Virus record (IMG/VR): IMGVR_UViG_3300023179_000026
Span: 72,879 to 136,878 of that record
Direction: 5' to 3' (one strand)
DNA length: 64,000 nucleotides
From: a virus
The notes beneath the pieces are model-generated. The model worked only from the letters and a program-made list of their open reading frames with translations. It searched no databases and was not told where the DNA came from. Positions 57,392 through 64,000 of the stretch are shown piece by piece; positions within the stretch are counted from its first letter, which is position 1; each line of letters opens with the position of its first letter. The position numbers were made by a program, and so were the translations under genes.

Positions 57392-57880
57392 TTAAAATGT
57401 TTTAAAATCACTCCCAGATATTGGCATTTGAAAATTTGGATCTGTAATCTCACCAAATACATCACGTGCATTTGGCATATTAACCCATTCTAGTGTATTT
57501 TCATCCCAAAAATACAAACCATCATTAGGGTATGCAACGGGGCATACAAATCCACATCGGTCTTCATCAAATGTCCAACTTTTTACGTTTGGAAAAACCT
57601 CAGAGAATCTTGATTTTACGAAATTTTGTTTATCAAATTTTTCTTCTGTTGTAAACTCTCTTACTTCCCAAACATCTTTTACTATATTCCCAACCCATTT
57701 ATAAGATAATCCAATTATTTCTTGATGCCAACTTACTTCAGGCATTGGCACTCTCTCAAACCATGCAAATTCAGGTGGCAGCTCATCAATATTTACGTTG
57801 GGGAACGCTGAAATAAAATTGGATAATATAATTGGATGTTCAAATGGATTACCATCTTTAATTTGAATTATTAAGTTCAT
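57392..57880 (-). CDS. hypothetical tail-fibre-associated protein
   Basis: CPVAYP.DG.Y.WDE....W motif; follows giant fibre gene; TATAAATA at 57898-57905. Confidence 0.55.
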   Translation of the reverse strand: MNLIIQIKDGNPFEHPIILSNFISAFPNVNIDELPPEFAWFERVPMPEVSWHQEIIGLSYKWVGNIVKDVWEVREFTTEEKFDKQNFVKSRFSEVFPNVKSWTFDEDRCGFVCPVAYPNDGLYFWDENTLEWVNMPNARDVFGEITDPNFQMPISGSDFKTF

Positions 57881-57906
57881 AACATTACCTTTTTCTATAT
57901 TTATAA

Positions 57907-60900
57907 TTACGCATTAACGCCTTTTATAACTGCGAATTGAAACACAGGTTGTTCAGTTGTCGTACCTGAAAAGGTAGCAAAAGTTATTTGGAAACTACCT
58001 GCAGCTACGTTTGTTACTTGTAAATTATAACGGTCAGTGCCTGATTTTTGATTTAAAATTATTACGTCAGTTGCAGCAACTGTGCTATTTGTTACAGTAA
58101 ATGTATTTGCTGTAGTTGAACCTGCTGCGGAAACTAGCGTAATTGCGCCTGTTTGTTTATTTAAAGTAACACCTGTAGCTCTTGAAGTTGCTTGTGTAAC
58201 TGTACCACCTGCTCCTGTAAAATAACCAAGATTTGCTGTTGTATATATGTTTGCCGATCCCAATACATTACCCGCAAACAAACTATTTCCTGATCCTACA
58301 TAAAATGCATATGAATTAGTTGCAGTTACGTTAGTGCTTACAGTAGGGGCACTTTGTATGTACAATGTGGCTAAATTAGTCGTTGTAATTGCATTTGAGG
58401 CTGTTACTGTTGGAGTAGCTATTGCATGGATTGCTGCATTTGCAATTGTTCCTGCTGCTGACACATTATCTGTATAAGTGCTAGCAAAAGATCGTAAACC
58501 TAAATTACTTGTGATAGTTGCAGCATTAATATTTCCACTTGCTGCACCACTTATTGAAAAATTATTAGCAAACATTGTACCATTACTTGCGTTAGCAATA
58601 AACAAGTTTGCGCTAATCGAAGCAGCACCCGAAATACTACCACCCGATCCACCTCCTGTTACTAAGCCTGTACTACTAAAACTTGCTACGTTTGCACTTC
58701 CTCCGACAGATATTGTTACATTTCCCGAAGCTGAAGGTATAGCAACATTACTTGTTCCATTTGCAAAAGCACCCTGAAATGAATTTGCAGATATAACATT
58801 TGCGCCTGTAATATTTCCACCTGTTCCCACACCTGTTATTAAATTACCAGCAGTCACATTTGCATTAAAATAGCTATTCCCTGCGCCAACGTATATGGCG
58901 TAAGGATTAGTAATTGTCATATTAGTACCTGCAGTAGGCGCATTTTGAATAAAAAATGTTGCTGCATTTGTTGCAGTAATAGTAGCATTAGCTGCAGCCA
59001 ATGTTGGAGTACCAATTGCATGAATAGCTGCATTTCCAACTGTTGAACTTGCCGCTAATGAATTATCCGTATAAGTTGAAGCAAACGCACGTATACCAAG
59101 GTTACCCGTTACAGTAGATACGTTTGCATTACCTGTTGCGTTACCATTTGCAGTAATATTATTTGCAATAATCGTAGAATTAGCTCCTGCAATTGAAAAA
59201 TTACCTGCTATGTTAACACCTGTGCTTGTGACAACAAAAACGTTAGCTGTACCACCTGAACTTATGGTTACATTACCATTAGCAGCAGGAATACTAATAT
59301 TACTGTTTCCATTACTAATAGCTCCAACCGAAGCCACCGCCCAACTTAAACCACCACTTCCATTTGTCGATAAAAATTGTCCACTGCTTCCACCTGTTAT
59401 AATGACATTTCCTACCGCTCCAAGATTTGAAACACCTGTAACTTGCAATGTTCCTGCAACATTAACACCTGTTGAAGTGACTGTAAACTGAGAAGTAGTA
59501 TTACCTGCAACAAAGAAAGAATGATTTCCACCTGACGCTATAGTATGATTACTTGTGCCACTTGCCATCAAACCACTATTAATTGTCGTAATATTACCTG
59601 TAGTGAATATTCCTGTAGTGGCACCTATGTTGCCCACATTGGCATTACCTGTGCCAGTATTCAATGTACCTGCAATATTGACACCTGTTCCTGTAACAAT
59701 TAATATATTTGCATTACCTACTGCACTAATATTGACATTGCCATTAGCTGCAGGTATATTTACGTTACTATTTCCATTACTAATACTAGTTGAACTTACT
59801 GAAATCCAACTTAAGTTTCCACTACCATTAGTGCTTAGTACCTGTCCATTACTACCACCTGTAATAATAACGTTACCAACTGCTCCAAGATTTGAAACAC
59901 CTGTTGCTATTAGCCCTGTTGTACCAATATTACCAACATTGGCATTACCTGTTGCGTTTAATGTACCTGCAACATTAACACCTGTTCCTGTAACCACTAA
60001 TACATTTGCAGTACCTACTGCACTAATAGTGACATTACCGTTCGCTGCAGGTATATTTACGTTACTATTACCATTTGCTAGTCTGCCTAAAATATTACCC
60101 GCAAATAATGCATTACCTGATGCCACATGTAATGCTAATGGGTTGGTAATGGTCATATTTGTACCCGCAGTTGGTGCTCCCGCAATATAGAAAGTAGCAG
60201 CCGTAGTAGAAGTAACAGTGGCATTTGCTGCTGCTAATGTTGGTATGCCTAATCCATGCACTGCTGCATTAGCAATAGTTGAACTTGCTGCAACCGAGTT
60301 GTCTGTGTAGGTAGATGCAATTGCTCTTAAACCTAAATTACCCGTCAAGGTGCTTGCATTAGCATTACCTGTTGCTGCACCGCTTGCAGTAATATTATTA
60401 CCAAAAATTACGGCATTCGCTGCACTTGTTATAACATTACCCAAAAATGTTGTAGCATAAAGTGCACCATTTGATGTATTAGCAACAAAGTTAGCATTTC
60501 CCGCTTCTGCAACATTGCCTGTAATAGCACTTGACAATGTTAAATAATAATTACCCGAAGAAGCAGTGGTAATTACATTGAAGTCAGAAACATTTGCATA
60601 CGCTACATTTAGGTTGCTTACACGTGTTATACTAGTTACTGTTATTGGAGCGGTTCCTGTTGCTACATTACTAATTAAGGTTGGTGCAGTCACGTTTGCA
60701 GTAGCAAGAACTTGAGCAGCACCAATGTTACCAACATTGGCATTACCTGTTGCATTTAATGTACCTGCAACATTTACTCCTGTACCTGTAACAATTAATA
60801 TATTTGCATTACCTACTGCACTAATATTAACATTACCATTGGCAGCAGGTATGTTGACATTACTATTTCCATTACTAATACTAGTTGAACTTACTGAAAT

Positions 60901-63900
60901 CCAACTTAAGTTTCCACTACCATTAGTGGAAAGAACTTGACCATTACTACCACCTGTAATGATAACATTACCTACTGCCCCTAAATTTGAAACACCTGAT
61001 ACATTTAAACCTATAGCTGCATTTACTGTATTAGCACTAATTACATTAGCACCCGTAATATTTCCACCTGTTACAATATTACCTGCAAATAAACTATTAC
61101 CCGATGCCACGTGCAACGCATATGGGTTAGTAATACTCATATTCGTACCCGCAGTTGGTGCTCCTTGAATAAAGAATGTTGCTGCATTTGAAGCAGTAAC
61201 AGTAGCATTTGCTGCTGCTAGTGTTGGTGTACCTAACCCATGTATTGCTGCATTAGCAATAGTTGAACTAGCTGCCACTGAATTATCAGTATAGGTAGAA
61301 GCAATGGCACGTATACCCAAGTTTCCTGTTACAGTTGATGCATTAGCATTTCCTGTTGCTGCTCCATTAGCAGTAAAATTATCAGAAGATATTGTTGTAT
61401 TAGCTCCTGTTGCATCAATATTACCTGCAACATTTACCCCTGTTCCTGTAACTACTAATATATTAGCATTACCTGCTGCACTAATATTAACATTTCCATT
61501 AGCAGCAGGTATTGATACGTTACTATTTCCATTACTAATACTACTTGTGCTTACTGTTGTCCAACTTAAGTTTCCACTTCCATTTGTAGATAATACTTGT
61601 CCATTACTGCCACCTGTGATGATAACATTACCCACTGCTCCAAGATTTGATACACCTGTTGAATTAATATTAATAAAATTTGCATTACCTGTAGCATTTA
61701 ATGTTCCTGCAATATTGATACCTGTACCCGTTACAACTAAAATATTTGAATTACCCGCAACACCAAATAATACATTACCACTTGATGTCAAAATAGAAAC
61801 ATTAGTAGTACCATTTGCTAAATTACCTATAAATGTATTAGCTATAACAAAATTTGCACCTGTAATATTTCCACCTGTTCCCACACCTGTTATTAGATTA
61901 CCAGCAGTCACATTACCTGCAAATAACGCATTACCTGATCCAACATGCAATGCATATGGATTAGTAATTGTCATATTAGAACCTGCAGTTGGCGGTCCTT
62001 GAATAAAAAATGTTGCTGCATTAGTAGCAGTTACTGTTAAATTAGCAGAATCAAGTGTTGGTGTACCAAACCCATGTATTGCTGCATTAGCAATAGTTGA
62101 ACTAGCTGCCACTGAATTATCAGTATAGGTAGAAGAAAGAGCACGTATACCTAAATTTCCTGTTATGGTTGACGCATTAGCATTGCCTGTTGCTGCTCCA
62201 TTAGCAGTAAAATTATCAGAAGATATTGTTATATTTGCTCCTGTTACATCAATATTACCTGCAACATTTAGCCCTGTTCCTGTAACAACTAATACGTTTG
62301 CATTACCCGCTACGCTTAAATTAATATTACCGTTTGCTGCAGGTATTGATACGTTACTATTTCCATTACTAATATTAGACTCTTGACCAACTGTTGTCCA
62401 ACTTAAATTACCACTACCGTTTGTTGTTAATACTTGACCATTACTACCACCTGTGATGATGACATTTCCATTTGCTCCAAGATTTGATACACCTGATACT
62501 TGTAATGTACCTGCAACGTTTACACCTGTGCTAGTAACCACAACAACATTTGCTGTGCCACCTGCACTAATATTAACATTACCATTAGCAGCAGGTATAT
62601 TAACATTACTATTACCATTAGCATGTGGGCCTAAAACATTTCCAAACGTGCCATTACCACTTACCGTTAATGACGCTAGTGTTCCAACAGATGTTATATT
62701 AGGTTGTGCTGCAGTTGTTAATGTACCTGTTAAGAAATTAGCACTAACAACATTTCCACCTGCAACGTTAGCTGCTGCTAAATTACCTGTAAAATTTCCT
62801 GTACCTGCAACATTAACACCTGTGCTAGTAACCACAACAACATTTGCTGTGCCACCTGCACTAATATTAACATTACCGTTTGCAGCAGGTATATTAACAT
62901 TACTATTACCATTAGCATGTGGTCCTAAAATATTGCCAAACGTTCCATTTCCTGTAACATTCAATGTTCCTGCATTAACACCTGTACCCGTAACTACTAA
63001 TATATTAGCATTACCTGCTGCACTAATATTAACATTTCCATTAGCAGCAGGTATTGATACGTTACTATTTCCATTACTAATACTACTTGTGCTTACTGTT
63101 GTCCAACTTAAATTACCACTTCCGTTGGTGGATAAAAATTGACCATTGCTACCACCTGTAATAATGACATTACCAACTGCCCCAAGATTTGATACACCTA
63201 ATACATTTAACGCAGTAGCTGCATTTATTGTATTACCGCTTATTCTATTTGCACCTGTAATATTTCCACCTGCTCCACCACCTACTACCAAATTTGCTGC
63301 AGTTAGATTACCTGAGACCGTACCGCCCCCTGTAACGTCAATACCTGTACCTGTTACCACTAATATATTGGCATTACCTGCTGAACTTATATTAACATTT
63401 CCATTAGCAGCAGGTATTGATAAGTTACTGTTTCCGTTAGAAATAGTACTTGCGGAAATACCTGTTAATTGACTACCATTACCGATGAAGAAGTTAGCTG
63501 TAATATTACCATCTGCGTTGCGTTGTACAATACTATTTGCTGTAGCTGTTTGACTAGGGGCATTGCCTTGTAATGCATTTGCGTTAAGATTCGCAACTAC
63601 CGTAGTAGAAGTAACTACCAATGGGGCTGTACCTGTAGAAACATTAGAAATTAATTGTGGTGCAGTTACATTAGCACTAGCTAATACTTGTGAAACACCT
63701 AAATTACCTGTATTGGCATTACCTGTTACATTTAATGTACCCGAAACATTTACTCCTGTTCCTGTAACAACTAATACATTAGCATTACCTACAGCAGAAA
63801 TATTAACATTTCCATTAGCAGCAGGTATGTTTACGTTACTGTTACCATTAGAAATAGTGCTTGTTGTAGTAGTAATACCTGTTAATTGACTACCATTACC

Positions 63901-64000
63901 GATGAAGAAGTTAGCTGTAATATTACCATCTGCGTTGCGTTGTACAATACTATTTGCTGTAGCTGTTTGACTAGGGGCATTGCCTTGTAATGCATTTGCG
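57907..64000 (-). CDS. giant repetitive tail fibre / adhesin-like protein, 5' truncated by window edge
   Basis: Frame is open from 57907 to the edge (track start 63621 is an internal TTG/Leu); more than 2000 aa of N/G/T/A/V/I/S repeats. Confidence 0.8.
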   Translation of the reverse strand, partial: ANALQGNAPSQTATANSIVQRNADGNITANFFIGNGSQLTGITTTTSTISNGNSNVNIPAANGNVNISAVGNANVLVVTGTGVNVSGTLNVTGNANTGNLGVSQVLASANVTAPQLISNVSTGTAPLVVTSTTVVANLNANALQGNAPSQTATANSIVQRNADGNITANFFIGNGSQLTGISASTISNGNSNLSIPAANGNVNISSAGNANILVVTGTGIDVTGGGTVSGNLTAANLVVGGGAGGNITGANRISGNTINAATALNVLGVSNLGAVGNVIITGGSNGQFLSTNGSGNLSWTTVSTSSISNGNSNVSIPAANGNVNISAAGNANILVVTGTGVNAGTLNVTGNGTFGNILGPHANGNSNVNIPAANGNVNISAGGTANVVVVTSTGVNVAGTGNFTGNLAAANVAGGNVVSANFLTGTLTTAAQPNITSVGTLASLTVSGNGTFGNVLGPHANGNSNVNIPAANGNVNISAGGTANVVVVTSTGVNVAGTLQVSGVSNLGANGNVIITGGSNGQVLTTNGSGNLSWTTVGQESNISNGNSNVSIPAANGNINLSVAGNANVLVVTGTGLNVAGNIDVTGANITISSDNFTANGAATGNANASTITGNLGIRALSSTYTDNSVAASSTIANAAIHGFGTPTLDSANLTVTATNAATFFIQGPPTAGSNMTITNPYALHVGSGNALFAGNVTAGNLITGVGTGGNITGANFVIANTFIGNLANGTTNVSILTSSGNVLFGVAGNSNILVVTGTGINIAGTLNATGNANFININSTGVSNLGAVGNVIITGGSNGQVLSTNGSGNLSWTTVSTSSISNGNSNVSIPAANGNVNISAAGNANILVVTGTGVNVAGNIDATGANTTISSDNFTANGAATGNANASTVTGNLGIRAIASTYTDNSVAASSTIANAAIHGLGTPTLAAANATVTASNAATFFIQGAPTAGTNMSITNPYALHVASGNSLFAGNIVTGGNITGANVISANTVNAAIGLNVSGVSNLGAVGNVIITGGSNGQVLSTNGSGNLSWISVSSTSISNGNSNVNIPAANGNVNISAVGNANILIVTGTGVNVAGTLNATGNANVGNIGAAQVLATANVTAPTLISNVATGTAPITVTSITRVSNLNVAYANVSDFNVITTASSGNYYLTLSSAITGNVAEAGNANFVANTSNGALYATTFLGNVITSAANAVIFGNNITASGAATGNANASTLTGNLGLRAIASTYTDNSVAASSTIANAAVHGLGIPTLAAANATVTSTTAATFYIAGAPTAGTNMTITNPLALHVASGNALFAGNILGRLANGNSNVNIPAANGNVTISAVGTANVLVVTGTGVNVAGTLNATGNANVGNIGTTGLIATGVSNLGAVGNVIITGGSNGQVLSTNGSGNLSWISVSSTSISNGNSNVNIPAANGNVNISAVGNANILIVTGTGVNIAGTLNTGTGNANVGNIGATTGIFTTGNITTINSGLMASGTSNHTIASGGNHSFFVAGNTTSQFTVTSTGVNVAGTLQVTGVSNLGAVGNVIITGGSSGQFLSTNGSGGLSWAVASVGAISNGNSNISIPAANGNVTISSGGTANVFVVTSTGVNIAGNFSIAGANSTIIANNITANGNATGNANVSTVTGNLGIRAFASTYTDNSLAASSTVGNAAIHAIGTPTLAAANATITATNAATFFIQNAPTAGTNMTITNPYAIYVGAGNSYFNANVTAGNLITGVGTGGNITGANVISANSFQGAFANGTSNVAIPSASGNVTISVGGSANVASFSSTGLVTGGGSGGSISGAASISANLFIANASNGTMFANNFSISGAASGNINAATITSNLGLRSFASTYTDNVSAAGTIANAAIHAIATPTVTASNAITTTNLATLYIQSAPTVSTNVTATNSYAFYVGSGNSLFAGNVLGSANIYTTANLGYFTGAGGTVTQATSRATGVTLNKQTGAITLVSAAGSTTANTFTVTNSTVAATDVIILNQKSGTDRYNLQVTNVAAGSFQITFATFSGTTTEQPVFQFAVIKGVNA
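61448..63111. repeat. identical 122-nt direct repeat (61448-61569 and 62990-63111)
   Basis: Base-by-base match, offset 1542 nt (in frame). Confidence 0.8.
63457..64000. repeat. identical direct repeat of at least 127 nt (63457-63583 and 63874-64000)
   Basis: Base-by-base match to the window edge, offset 417 nt (in frame). Confidence 0.85.

Noticed and set aside
58478-63889. Plus-strand ORFs of 70-230 aa opposite the giant fibre
   Set aside because: Same antisense shadow effect; they mirror the repeat modules.
57907-64000. CRISPR array or diversity-generating retroelement in the repeats
   Set aside because: Repeats are in frame and protein-coding with irregular spacing; differences between copies are mostly synonymous, not adenine-specific; no reverse transcriptase or cas gene in the window.
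1-64000. tRNA, rRNA or tmRNA genes
   Set aside because: Intergenic gaps are short and accounted for by promoters and terminators; no cloverleaf or T-loop consensus recognised. A tRNAscan/Infernal run would be definitive.

Overview
A 64-kb AT-rich segment of a T4-like jumbo myophage, standard genetic code, mostly minus-strand genes. It carries T4-type virion genes (neck gp13/gp14-like, tail terminator gp15, sheath gp18, tube gp19, head-completion nuclease gp4, baseplate and fibre proteins, a giant repetitive fibre truncated at the right edge), a GH19 lysin, a 3-TM holin, replication and nucleotide genes (gp44-type clamp loader, a stand-alone DnaE fragment, dNMP kinase, MazG-like, NUDIX, two HAD phosphatases, PhoH), host-like proteostasis genes (clpA, def, dnaJ, groES, dps), two tandem flavin-dependent halogenase-like genes, two GT-A glycosyltransferase-like genes and endonuclease genes around the sheath gene. 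About 25 T4-late-type (N)TAAATA boxes, one perfect sigma70 promoter and five intrinsic terminators are visible. The most unusual signals are: (1) near-complete avoidance of CCAG/CTGG and CCGG (consensus CCRG) except where a Pro-Gly dipeptide forces it; (2) a set of enzymes (triple ART-PolyVal-like protein, a further ART-like protein, nucleotidyltransferase, GP88-like, HAD) sharing T4 capsid-targeting-like N-termini and [IL]xE protease sites, suggesting a head-packaged, injected enzyme payload; (3) a DnaE fragment ending just before the catalytic aspartates with no intein. No tRNA, rRNA or CRISPR array was recognised. All family calls come from motif recognition by eye; no searches or counts were run.
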